Positions 8,801 through 17,704 of a stretch of DNA of 64,000 bases are shown here, piece after piece. The stretch spans positions 9,980-73,979 of the forward strand of contig JAFKGG010000364.1 in the NCBI GenBank assembly GCA_017307915.1, written 5' to 3'. The position numbers and the translations under genes were made by a program. How positions within the stretch are numbered: position 1 is the stretch's first letter; every line of letters begins with the position of its first letter. The stretch is from Burkholderiales bacterium (GTDB taxonomy: Bacteria; Pseudomonadota; Gammaproteobacteria; Burkholderiales; Burkholderiaceae_E). The notes below the pieces were generated by a model that had not been told where the DNA came from, did not search any database, and was given only the letters and a program-made list of their open reading frames with translations.

Positions 8801-10033
8801 CTATTTGGTCTGCGCCATCGTCGCCCGCAGATCCTGCCGCTCGAGCAGCCATGACACGGCCAGGCCGGCCAGCAGTCCCCAGAACGGCGCGCCGATGTCC
8901 AGGATCGTCTTGTCCGACACGGTCACCAGAAAGGTGATCAGCGCACCCAGCGTGAAGCGCCCGGCAAACGCCGTCACGAACGAAGTCTGCAGCACGCGCA
9001 GCATGGCCAGACCGGCCAGCGCCGCGATGAAGGCGGGCGGCGTGGCCAGCATCAGCCGCGTGAACAAGGGCGACAGCAGGCCGAAGGCCAGTGCCAGCAG
9101 CCCCACCACCAGGCCTCCGGTGTAATGCTGCTCGCGCGGCCCCGACGACGCCAGGATCGCGTTGGTCGGGCCGGTCAGGCAGGTCGACACGGTACCGACC
9201 ATCGCGGTCAGCATCGAGCCCAGGCCACAGGCGATGGTCACCGCGTTGACCGGCGCATCGTGACCAGCCGCCTTCAACACCGCCACCCCCTGACCGTTCT
9301 GCACCACCAGCACGGTGATCGCCAAGGGCACGACCAGCTCCAGCATCGCCGGCCACGACCACTGCGGCGATTGCAGCTCGGGCCGCGCCAGCACTGCGGT
9401 GGTCGCCATGTCGGGCGCGAAGCGCCCGACCAGCACGATCGCCAGAATCCCAACCAGCATGGCGCCGATCATCGGCGGCACGCGCCGCCCCAGACTCGGC
9501 AAGGCGCTGAGCACGATGAACACCAGCACCATCGGCACGGCGACGCCAGGGTCTTTATGCAGCGAATCGATCAGATCGGTGCCGAAGCGCAAAAAAACGC
9601 CGGCCACCATGCCCATCACGATCGGCATCGGCACCACCTGCATCGCGCGCCGCACCCATCCCGAGAAGCCCAGCAACAGCATCAACGCGCCGGTGGCAAT
9701 GAAAGCGCCGACCACTTCGCTGAACGACAGATGCCCCAGCGCCGGGCCGACCAGCACGGCGCCCGGAATCGTCCAGAAAAATGCCAGCGGCTGCCGGTAG
9801 CGCCAGCAGAACAGCAGCGTGATCAAGCCGTTCAGGAAGAACGAACCGAAGATCCACGATGCGAGCTGCGACTCCGACAACCCGCCCTGCGCACCCACCG
9901 ACAGGATCACTGCCACCGGCCCGGTGGCAGCGAAGACGAAGCCGATCAGGCCATTGACGGCGACGGTCGGGTTGAGGTCGGCGAACGCACCGGACAGCGT
10001 GGTAGGTGGGCGAGCGGCAGGTTCCAGGGGCAT
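8801..10033 (-). CDS. BenE-family benzoate/H+ symporter-like membrane protein
   Basis: AWTxPG-like FFWTIPGA, QNGQGVAVL, CLTGPTNAI and APFWGLLAG motifs; about 12 TM segments. Confidence 0.88.
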   Translation of the reverse strand: MPLEPAARPPTTLSGAFADLNPTVAVNGLIGFVFAATGPVAVILSVGAQGGLSESQLASWIFGSFFLNGLITLLFCWRYRQPLAFFWTIPGAVLVGPALGHLSFSEVVGAFIATGALMLLLGFSGWVRRAMQVVPMPIVMGMVAGVFLRFGTDLIDSLHKDPGVAVPMVLVFIVLSALPSLGRRVPPMIGAMLVGILAIVLVGRFAPDMATTAVLARPELQSPQWSWPAMLELVVPLAITVLVVQNGQGVAVLKAAGHDAPVNAVTIACGLGSMLTAMVGTVSTCLTGPTNAILASSGPREQHYTGGLVVGLLALAFGLLSPLFTRLMLATPPAFIAALAGLAMLRVLQTSFVTAFAGRFTLGALITFLVTVSDKTILDIGAPFWGLLAGLAVSWLLERQDLRATMAQTK

Positions 10034-10121
10034 GGCGGCGGTGACGATCGAGGCAGCGATGATTGAAGGAATGACTACACGGCCGACACGATACCGTGGA
10101 TGCCGCGCACGCGCGATGGCC

Positions 10122-10170
10122 CCGCCTTAGCGCCGCCTTAGCGCCGCCTTAGCGCCGCCTTGGCGCCGCC
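10122..10170. repeat. Intergenic tandem repeat, 11-bp unit, about 4.5 copies
   Basis: CCGCCTTAGCG x3, CCGCCTTGGCG, CCGCC. Confidence 0.95.
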
Positions 10171-10202
10171 GGTGGGGCCGTCGTCCGTTCGGGCCGGCGC
10201 GT

Positions 10203-11957
10203 TCAGCCCTGCGTGATGACGTTGACCAGCGCCTGGCGCCGTTCCCGCTGCACCACCTCGAGCGCGCGGCGCAGCGCCGGCAGCAACTGCGCGCGCTCGG
10301 TGACCCGCTCACCATGGCCGCCCGAGGCCTCGATGTAGCGCTCGAAATCGGGCATCGGTTCGAGCGACGACAGCGGCGAAGTGCCATGCGCCTTGGCATG
10401 CTGCGCCGCATGCTGGCCCGGATACATGCCCAGCGCCGCCTGCGACACCGCGCCCCAAGCCATGTTGTTGCACAGCACGGTCAGCACCGGCAGCTCGTGC
10501 ATCGCGGCGGCATGGTGGCATACGGCCGGATTGGCGAACAGATACGAGCCGTCGCCCAGCGCCGCGATGACCACGCGATCCGGTGCCGCCTGCTGCGCAC
10601 CCAGCGCCGCCGGCAATCCCCACCCCAGGCCTGCCGACGCCGACACGTAGAAATAGGTGCCGGGTTCGTCGAAGCACATCTGCTGCGGCGCCAGCGGGTA
10701 TTCGTTGACGACGATCGAATCGGCCGGCCGCACCGCCTGCAGACAGCGCGACAGAAAGGCCTTGGTAATCGCGCCGCCCGCCGCCTCGTCGCGCGCCACC
10801 GCCTGCTCGGTCTGCTGGCGCACCGCCCGGGCAGTGGCTTCGAGCCGCGCGCGGCGTTCGCCGGCGCGTGCCTGCGCGCCTCGCGCCTGCAATGCCCGCG
10901 CCAGCCGCTCGATCAGAGCGGCGGCGGTGGCGGTGATCGACAAATCGGATCGATGCGTACGCACCGGATAACGCGAAAACAAGGGATCGCTGCCGCCATG
11001 CGCCACGAACGCCTCGGGCGACGGCTCACTGCGCGACGGCACCCACGGCCCTTCGCATTCCAGGAACAGCAGCGCATCGGCCTGCGCGAACACCGCCTTG
11101 GTCTCATGCCCCAGGTGCAGCGGATGGCTGGCCGGAAAGTTGACGAAGCGCGCGCGCGTCTCGGCCACGCCGATGCCGAAGCGTTCAGCCAGATCGGCCA
11201 GCAGCGCCACCGTGGCCGGATCGGCACCGCTCGATTCGCAGACGATCACCGGATGACGCGCCTCGTCGAACACCTGCGCCAGCCGCGCCAGCGCCGCCTC
11301 GTCGGGCTGCGGCGCGGTCGGCACCGCCACCGGCCGGCCGGCCGCGGCGCCCGGCAGCGACTGCGCCAGCACTTCGCGCGGCAGGCTCAGATACACCGGC
11401 GCGCGTGGATGCGCCATCGCGATGCCGAACGCGCGATCGACGATCTCATCGACATTGGAACCATCGCGCAGCTCGTAGTCCCATTTGACCAGCTCGCGCA
11501 GCATCGCGCCCTGGTCGAACATCTCCTGGCCCCAATGGATCTCGCTGTTGCGCGCGCCGAGCCGGCCGTCTTCGAACAGCGGCGTGCGGCCCGCGGTGAG
11601 CAGCATCGGCACCTGGCCACGCGCCGCGTTCATCAGGCCGCAAACGGCATTGGCCGTGCCCACGCTCACGTGCAGTATCACCGCCTGCATGCGCCCCGAC
11701 ACCATGTAGTGGCCGTGCGCCATGCCGATCGCCAGGTTCTCATGCGTGGCGATCACCGGGTGCGGATACAACTGCGCCGCCGCCGCGCCCGCCTTGGCAT
11801 AGGCCTCGACGATCGGTGCCGTGTCGGTGCCCGAACCGACGTAGAAGCAATCGACGCCCTGTGCCTTCAAACGCCGCAGGAAGCGCTCGGCGGCCGAATG
11901 GCCGTCCGCTTCGCCGGCGACCGGTTGCGCCTGCATCGTCGTCATCTCGTTCTTCAT
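10203..11957 (-). CDS. Thiamine pyrophosphate-dependent enzyme (acetolactate synthase / decarboxylase superfamily)
   Basis: GSGTD, HENLAIGMAHG, TPP motif GDGSY...NN; GAGGAG SD before ATG 11957. Confidence 0.9.
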   Translation of the reverse strand: MKNEMTTMQAQPVAGEADGHSAAERFLRRLKAQGVDCFYVGSGTDTAPIVEAYAKAGAAAAQLYPHPVIATHENLAIGMAHGHYMVSGRMQAVILHVSVGTANAVCGLMNAARGQVPMLLTAGRTPLFEDGRLGARNSEIHWGQEMFDQGAMLRELVKWDYELRDGSNVDEIVDRAFGIAMAHPRAPVYLSLPREVLAQSLPGAAAGRPVAVPTAPQPDEAALARLAQVFDEARHPVIVCESSGADPATVALLADLAERFGIGVAETRARFVNFPASHPLHLGHETKAVFAQADALLFLECEGPWVPSRSEPSPEAFVAHGGSDPLFSRYPVRTHRSDLSITATAAALIERLARALQARGAQARAGERRARLEATARAVRQQTEQAVARDEAAGGAITKAFLSRCLQAVRPADSIVVNEYPLAPQQMCFDEPGTYFYVSASAGLGWGLPAALGAQQAAPDRVVIAALGDGSYLFANPAVCHHAAAMHELPVLTVLCNNMAWGAVSQAALGMYPGQHAAQHAKAHGTSPLSSLEPMPDFERYIEASGGHGERVTERAQLLPALRRALEVVQRERRQALVNVITQG

Positions 11958-12161
11958 GGGCTTGCTCCTCGTTTCGGTCCCGTTTGCGCCGGACCTGTCT
12001 CTTGTCATTGGCCACTGCTTGTCGATCAGCACGAATGATAGGCCGACTTCGGCGCACGATCATGCCGACGCGGCAAGATTGACGCGCAAATAGTTCAGAA
12101 CCTGCGGCTGGAGGGCAAAGTTCGCCACGCGGCGGCGAGCCCGCCGCTCAGGCGATCAGGC

Positions 12162-12506
12162 TCAATGACTGATCTGCCAGGGGCGGCGCCCGGTGAACGG
12201 GCGGCTGCCGTCGGCCAACCGCAGCGTGTTCTTACTGCCCTTGCCCGGCACACAGCAACTGCAGCCGCCGCCGTGCCGGCTTGCCCGGTAATCGGCCAGG
12301 CTGCGCGGCTCTGCCGCGCTGCGCTCGTTGATCGCATGCGCCTGCCGGCTTTGCGCCGACAGGCCAGCCAGCATCGGCATCGCAAAGATCTCGCGCGCCG
12401 AGGCCGTGCCGCAACTCGGGCAGGCGCAGAGCGCGTTGCGCTCGGCCAGCGGCCGGATCGCTGAAAAGCCGCCGCAGGCGGCGCATCGATAATCGTAGGT
12501 GGGCAT
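12162..12506 (-). CDS. fmdB: FmdB-family zinc-ribbon protein
   Basis: MPTYDYRCAACG...CPSCG, C-terminal RPWQISH; directly after fmdA. Confidence 0.9.
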   Translation of the reverse strand: MPTYDYRCAACGGFSAIRPLAERNALCACPSCGTASAREIFAMPMLAGLSAQSRQAHAINERSAAEPRSLADYRASRHGGGCSCCVPGKGSKNTLRLADGSRPFTGRRPWQISH

Positions 12507-12530
12507 GGCGGCGGCTTTCGGTGATGGGTA

Positions 12531-13763
12531 TCAGAGCAGATCAGGCGACATCGGTATGTCGACGCCCGGCTCGATGAACTTGACCGGCCCCGCGGAACTG
12601 GGGCGGATGTCGAAATCGAAGATCTGGGTCGGCAGCCACAGCGTCGCGCAGGCATTGGGAATGTCGACGACGCCGCTGATGTGGCCTTGCACCGGCGCGG
12701 TGCCCAGAATCGCGTACGCCTGCGCCCGCGTGTAGCCGAACTTGGTCAGATATTCGATCGCGTTCAGGCATGCCTGCCGATAGGCGACGTGTACGTCGAG
12801 ATAGTGCTGTTTGCCGTACTCGTCGACCGATATGCCTTCAAAGATCAGATAGTCGTTGTACTGCGGCGTGATCGGGCTCGGCTTGAATATCGGGTTCTTG
12901 ATGCCGTACTTGGCCATGCCGCCCTTGATCAGGTCCACCTTCATGTGTACCCAGCCGGCCATCTCGATGGCGCCGCAGAAGGTGATCTCGCCGTCGCCCT
13001 GCGAGAAGTGCAAATCGCCGACCGACAAACCGGCGCCGTCAACGTACACCGGAAAATAGATCTTCGAGCCACGCGACAGATCCTTGATGTCGCAATTGCC
13101 GCCGTGCTCACGCGGCGGCACCGTGCGCGCGCCGGAGGCGGCAGCTTGCGCCCTGGCCTCGCCCTTGAGCTTGCCCATGTGCGCGGTGCCCGCAAACGGC
13201 GGATTGGCCAGCGGCGGCACGCGCTCAGGCGCGGTGGCGATGAAGTCCACTTCGCGCTTGTTCCAGGTCTCCAGAAGCTTCGCATCCGGCAGGCAGCCGA
13301 TCAGCCCCGGATGGATCAGGCCGGCGAACTGCACGCCCGGCACGTGGCGCGAACTCGTGTACAAGCCGTGGAAATCCCAGATCGATTTCTGCGCCAGCGG
13401 AAAATGCTCGGTCAGGAAACCGCCGCCGTTCTTCTTCGAGAAAAAGCCGTTGAAGCCCCACAGGCTGTCGGGCTTGGCGCCGACGTCGAGCAGGTCGACC
13501 ACCAGCAGGTCGCCCGGCTCGGCGCCGGTCACGCCGACCGGCCCCGACAGGAAATGCACGGTGCTGAGGTCGACGTCGCGCACGTCATCGGCGCAGTCGT
13601 CGTTCTTGATATAGCCGCCGGTCCAGTCGTAGGTTTCCAGCACGAAATCGTCGCCCGGCCTGACCCAGCAGGCCATTGGAATGTCCGGGTGCCAGCGGTT
13701 GTGAATCAGCTCGTTGTCATAGGGGGATTGCTTCAGGTCGACCTTGATCAGCGTTTCAGGCAT
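12531..13763 (-). CDS. fmdA: Formamidase (acetamidase/formamidase family)
   Basis: HNRWHPDIP, PREHGGNCDIK, GDLHFSQGDGEITFCGAIE, VDIPNAC. Confidence 0.96.
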   Translation of the reverse strand: MPETLIKVDLKQSPYDNELIHNRWHPDIPMACWVRPGDDFVLETYDWTGGYIKNDDCADDVRDVDLSTVHFLSGPVGVTGAEPGDLLVVDLLDVGAKPDSLWGFNGFFSKKNGGGFLTEHFPLAQKSIWDFHGLYTSSRHVPGVQFAGLIHPGLIGCLPDAKLLETWNKREVDFIATAPERVPPLANPPFAGTAHMGKLKGEARAQAAASGARTVPPREHGGNCDIKDLSRGSKIYFPVYVDGAGLSVGDLHFSQGDGEITFCGAIEMAGWVHMKVDLIKGGMAKYGIKNPIFKPSPITPQYNDYLIFEGISVDEYGKQHYLDVHVAYRQACLNAIEYLTKFGYTRAQAYAILGTAPVQGHISGVVDIPNACATLWLPTQIFDFDIRPSSAGPVKFIEPGVDIPMSPDLL

Positions 13764-13808
13764 GGCACACCTCGGTAGGCATCGGACAGGTTTCGGAATC
13801 GATAGCGT

Positions 13809-14498
13809 TCAGACCGACAGGTACTGCTTGATTCGCGCGACGTCGGTCTGCGCGCGCGCGCTTTCATGGACCAGCCGGCCGCCTTCGATCACGAACAGCC
13901 GGTCGGCGACATCCATCGCAAAACTGAGTACCTGTTCGGAAACGACGATCGTGATCCGGCGCATCTTGCGGATCTCGTTGAGCGCGCGGGCAATGTCCTT
14001 GATGATCGACGGCTGGATGCCCTCGGTGGGCTCGTCCAGCAGCAGCACCTTCGGGTTGGTGACCAGCGCACGCGCGATGGCCAGTTGCTGCTGCTGGCCG
14101 CCCGACAGGTTGCCGCCCCGGCGGCGGCGCATGTCGAACAGCACCGGAAACAGCGCATAGATTTCGTCGGGAATGCGCTTGTCCCTCGCGTTCTCGAGCC
14201 CGGTCTGGATGTTCTCTTCGACGCTCAAGGTCGGAAAGATCATCCTGCCCTGCGGTACGTAGGCCAGCCCCGCCGCAACGCGCCGATAGCTTTCGTCGCG
14301 ACTCAGGTCGCGGCCGGCCACCTCGATGCGGCCCGACTTGACCGGCACGATGCCCATCAAGGTCTTGAACAGCGTCGTCTTGCCCATGCCGTTGCGGCCC
14401 ATGATGGCCACGGTTTCGTTGGCCTCGGCCGCGAATGAAATGCCATGCAGCACTTCGCTCTGGCCGTAGCTGGCGAACAGGTCGGTGACTTTCAGCAT
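13809..14498 (-). CDS. urtE: Urea/amide ABC transporter ATP-binding subunit
   Basis: GRNGMGKT, LSGGQQQQ, LLLDEPTEGIQPSII. Confidence 0.94.
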   Translation of the reverse strand: MLKVTDLFASYGQSEVLHGISFAAEANETVAIMGRNGMGKTTLFKTLMGIVPVKSGRIEVAGRDLSRDESYRRVAAGLAYVPQGRMIFPTLSVEENIQTGLENARDKRIPDEIYALFPVLFDMRRRRGGNLSGGQQQQLAIARALVTNPKVLLLDEPTEGIQPSIIKDIARALNEIRKMRRITIVVSEQVLSFAMDVADRLFVIEGGRLVHESARAQTDVARIKQYLSV

Positions 14499-14525
14499 CG
14501 TTCGGTCCTTCGCTCGCCGGTTCGA

Positions 14526-15269
14526 TCAGTGGCCCAGGTAGACGTCGATCACCTTCGGATCGGCCTGCACTTTTTCCATCGAGCCTTCGGCCAGGATCTT
14601 TCCCTGGTGCATGACGGTGACCTTGTGCGCGATGGCCTTGACGAAGTCCATGTCGTGCTCGATGACGATCATCGAGCGGTTCTGGCAGATGCGCCTGAGC
14701 AGGTCGGCGGTCAGCTCGCGCTCGCGCACGCTCATGCCGGCGATCGGTTCATCGAGCATCAGCAGCTCGGGGTCTTGCATCAGCAGCATGCCGATCTCCA
14801 GCCATTGCTTCTGGCCATGAGACAGCAGACCCGCTTCGGTCTGCAGTGCATCGACCAGGCCGATTTCCTCGGCCACCTGGTGCACGCGCTGCCGAACATC
14901 GTCGGTACACTTGAACGCCAGTGCGCCGAACACGCCGCGCCCGCGCGGGAACGACACCTCCAGGTTCTCGAACACATTCAGGTTCTCGTAGATCGATGGC
15001 GTCTGGAACTTGCGGCCGATGCCGGCACGCACGATCTGGTGCTCGGGCAGCTTGGTAAGCTCCAGATCATTGAAGCGAATGCGGCCGGCGCTGGCGCGCG
15101 TCTTGCCGCAGATCAGGTCCAGCAAGGTGGTCTTGCCGGCGCCGTTCGGGCCGATCACGACGCGCAGCTCGCCCTTGTCGATGTACAGGTTCAGCGCATC
15201 GATGGCCTTGAAACCGTCGAACGAGACGGTGAGGTCTTCGATGGCCAGCACCATGCCGGGGTGGGTCAT
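14526..15269 (-). CDS. urtD: Urea/amide ABC transporter ATP-binding subunit
   Basis: GPNGAGKT, GIGRKFQTP, LSHGQKQWLEIGM, EHDM. Confidence 0.94.
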   Translation of the reverse strand: MTHPGMVLAIEDLTVSFDGFKAIDALNLYIDKGELRVVIGPNGAGKTTLLDLICGKTRASAGRIRFNDLELTKLPEHQIVRAGIGRKFQTPSIYENLNVFENLEVSFPRGRGVFGALAFKCTDDVRQRVHQVAEEIGLVDALQTEAGLLSHGQKQWLEIGMLLMQDPELLMLDEPIAGMSVRERELTADLLRRICQNRSMIVIEHDMDFVKAIAHKVTVMHQGKILAEGSMEKVQADPKVIDVYLGH

Positions 15270-15270
15270 G

Positions 15271-16575
15271 TCAGGCACCTCGCGTCGAAGGCATCGAACC
15301 GATCGGCGGATTGGCACCGGTCGCCGGGCTCGACTGTGCCGCGCCAGCCGATACCGCAGAAACCGCAACCGGTGGCGGCGCAGCCTCGGCGTCAGCCGCA
15401 TTGGCACGCCGCTTCGCCAACCATGGCTTCACGTGCGATTCCCACAGCCCCGCCAACCCATTGGGGAAGGCCATCACCACACCGATGAACAGCGCCGCCA
15501 TCAGGAACAGCCACAGGTCGGGAAAGCTTTCCGAGAAATAGGTCTTGCCGAAGTTCACCAGCAGCGCACCATAGACCGCGCCGACCAGCGACATGCGCCC
15601 GCCCACCGCCGCAAAGATCACCATCTCGATCGACGGCACGATGCCGACGAACGACGGCGACATGAAGCCGACCTGCAGCGTGAACAGCGCGCCGCCGATG
15701 CCGGACAGGGCCGCCGCGAAGCAGAACACGAACACCTTGAACATCGACACGTCGTAGCCGGAAAAGCGCACGCGGTCTTCCTTGTCGCGCATCGCCAGCA
15801 GCAGCGTGCCCAGCTTGCTCTTTTGCACCCAGCGGCACAGCACGATGGCCGCCAGCAGCAGGCCGGCGCAGACGAAATACAGGATGGTGCGCGCGCCGTC
15901 GGTGCGGATGTCCCAGCCCAGCATCGTCTTCAGATCTGTGATGCCGTTGACGCCGCCCGTGTAACCCTGCTGGCCGATGATCAGCACCGACAAGATCAGC
16001 GCCACCGCCTGCGTGATGATCGCGAAATACACGCCGCCCACGCGTCGCTTGAACATCGCGTAGCCGACGATGAAGGCCAGCAGCGCCGGCACCGCCACGA
16101 CGGCGATCAGCGCCAGCGGCAGCGACTTGAACGGTTCCCACCACAGCGGCAGCGCAGTGACCTGGTTCCAGTCCATGAAGTCGGGAATGCCCGGCGTCGA
16201 CTGGATCTTCGTGCTTTCGGGGTCCGAGGCTTCCAGCTTCAGGAACATCGCCATGCAGTAGCCGCCCAGGCCGAAGAAGACGCCCTGACCGAGGCTCAGC
16301 ACGCCGCCGTAGCCCCACAGCATCACCAGGCCGATCGCCACGAAGCCGTAGGTCAGGTACTTGCCGACCAGGTTCAGCCGGAAGACGTCGAGCGTCAGCG
16401 GCAAGACGATAAGGATCACTGCCGCCAGCCCCAGCAGACTGCCGAACTCATGACGCAGCAGCCACTGCCACGGGCCAGGCCGCGCCGGGGCTGCGGCGTC
16501 CATCGTGTGCGGTGCCGCGCCCGGTGCAGGCACGGCGCCGGTTGCCGCGCTTGCGGCCTTGTCGATCGTGCTCAT
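15271..16575 (-). CDS. urtC: Urea/amide ABC transporter permease
   Basis: WGYGGVLSLGQGVFFGLGGY, RDKEDRVRFSGY, AVGGR. Confidence 0.94.
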   Translation of the reverse strand: MSTIDKAASAATGAVPAPGAAPHTMDAAAPARPGPWQWLLRHEFGSLLGLAAVILIVLPLTLDVFRLNLVGKYLTYGFVAIGLVMLWGYGGVLSLGQGVFFGLGGYCMAMFLKLEASDPESTKIQSTPGIPDFMDWNQVTALPLWWEPFKSLPLALIAVVAVPALLAFIVGYAMFKRRVGGVYFAIITQAVALILSVLIIGQQGYTGGVNGITDLKTMLGWDIRTDGARTILYFVCAGLLLAAIVLCRWVQKSKLGTLLLAMRDKEDRVRFSGYDVSMFKVFVFCFAAALSGIGGALFTLQVGFMSPSFVGIVPSIEMVIFAAVGGRMSLVGAVYGALLVNFGKTYFSESFPDLWLFLMAALFIGVVMAFPNGLAGLWESHVKPWLAKRRANAADAEAAPPPVAVSAVSAGAAQSSPATGANPPIGSMPSTRGA

Positions 16576-16606
16576 CGCCGTAGCTCCCGATTGAGTGAAA
16601 TCCTGT

Positions 16607-17521
16607 TCATCGCCGCACCTTGGCCGCGAACAAGCCCTGCGGGCGAATCATCAGAATCGTGATCACCAGCAACAAGGTCAGCACGCGCGCCATCGAGCCG
16701 GTCAGGAAGAATTCCGAGATCGATTGCGTCTGCGCAATGCCGAACGCCGACGCCACCGTGCCGAGCAGGCTGGCCGCGCCGCCGAAGGTGACGACCAGGA
16801 ACGCATCGACGATGTACAGCGAACCGCTGGTAGGCCCGGTCGAGCCGATGGTCGTGAATGCGGCGCCAGCCACGCCGGCGATGCCGCAGCCGATGGCGAA
16901 GGTCAGCCGATCGGTCTGGCGGGTATTGATGCCGGTGGCGTTGGCCATCACGCGGTTGCTGACGGTGGCGCGCACGCGCAGCCCCCAGCGCGAGCGATAC
17001 AGCGCCAGCAGCACCAGCCCGGTGACCAGCAGCGTCAACGCCATCACGAACATGCCATTGATCGGGATGTCCAGCCCCTCGGCCGGCGCCCACGAGCCCA
17101 TCAGCCAGTCGGGCAGCGTCGGGCTCACTTCCTTGGCGCCGAAAGTCGAGCGGAACACCTGCTGCATGCCCAGCGACAGGCCCCAGGTGGCCAGCAGCGT
17201 GTCGAGCGGGCGCCGGTACAAGTGGCGGATCAGCGCCCATTCGGCCAGCCAGCCGACGCAGAACGCGATCACGAACGCAACAGCGATGGCCACCGGAAAA
17301 TAGACCTGCATCAGCGCCGGCGCCAAGGTCTCGGTCAGCGTCGAGAACAGGTAGATCGTGTAGGCGCCGATCGTCATGAACTCGCCGTGCGCCATGTTGA
17401 TCACGCCCATCTGGCCGAAGATGATCGCCAGGCCCAGCCCCATCAGCAGCAACACGCTGAACAGGCTCAATCCGGCAAAGCCCTGCATCAGCGCGACGTT
17501 CATCATCTCGTTCAGTTCCAT
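16607..17521 (-). CDS. urtB: Urea/amide ABC transporter permease (short form)
   Basis: GLAIIFGQMGVINMAHGEF, RPLDTLLATWG. Confidence 0.93.
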   Translation of the reverse strand: MELNEMMNVALMQGFAGLSLFSVLLLMGLGLAIIFGQMGVINMAHGEFMTIGAYTIYLFSTLTETLAPALMQVYFPVAIAVAFVIAFCVGWLAEWALIRHLYRRPLDTLLATWGLSLGMQQVFRSTFGAKEVSPTLPDWLMGSWAPAEGLDIPINGMFVMALTLLVTGLVLLALYRSRWGLRVRATVSNRVMANATGINTRQTDRLTFAIGCGIAGVAGAAFTTIGSTGPTSGSLYIVDAFLVVTFGGAASLLGTVASAFGIAQTQSISEFFLTGSMARVLTLLLVITILMIRPQGLFAAKVRR

Positions 17522-17545
17522 CGCAGATCTCCGGCACGAAAGGCG

Positions 17546-17639
17546 CGCTCCCGAACAGGGAGCGATGCACGGAATCGGTGCGGGGCCGGTGGTGCCAAGC
17601 CGGCACCCGGCGCCGCAACGGCGGCGGCCGTGAGCCGCC
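17546..17639. other. Cluster of three short hairpins between urtA and urtB
   Basis: CGCTCCC/GGGAGCG (17546-17564), GGTGCC/GGCACC (17591-17607), GGCGGC/GCCGCC (17623-17639). Confidence 0.5.
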
Positions 17640-17704
17640 AGGCGCGGTCGCGCGCCGCTGCAGGACCGTTCCGACCCCGCGCCGATCCGGTCATGCGAGC
17701 ATGC

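Noticed and set aside
10122-10170. CRISPR-like array
   Set aside because: Contiguous 11-bp units with no spacers and no cas genes; it is a VNTR.
12035-12160. Possible TPP riboswitch ahead of the TPP enzyme
   Set aside because: No CTGAGA or GAACCTGA-type conserved elements on either strand.
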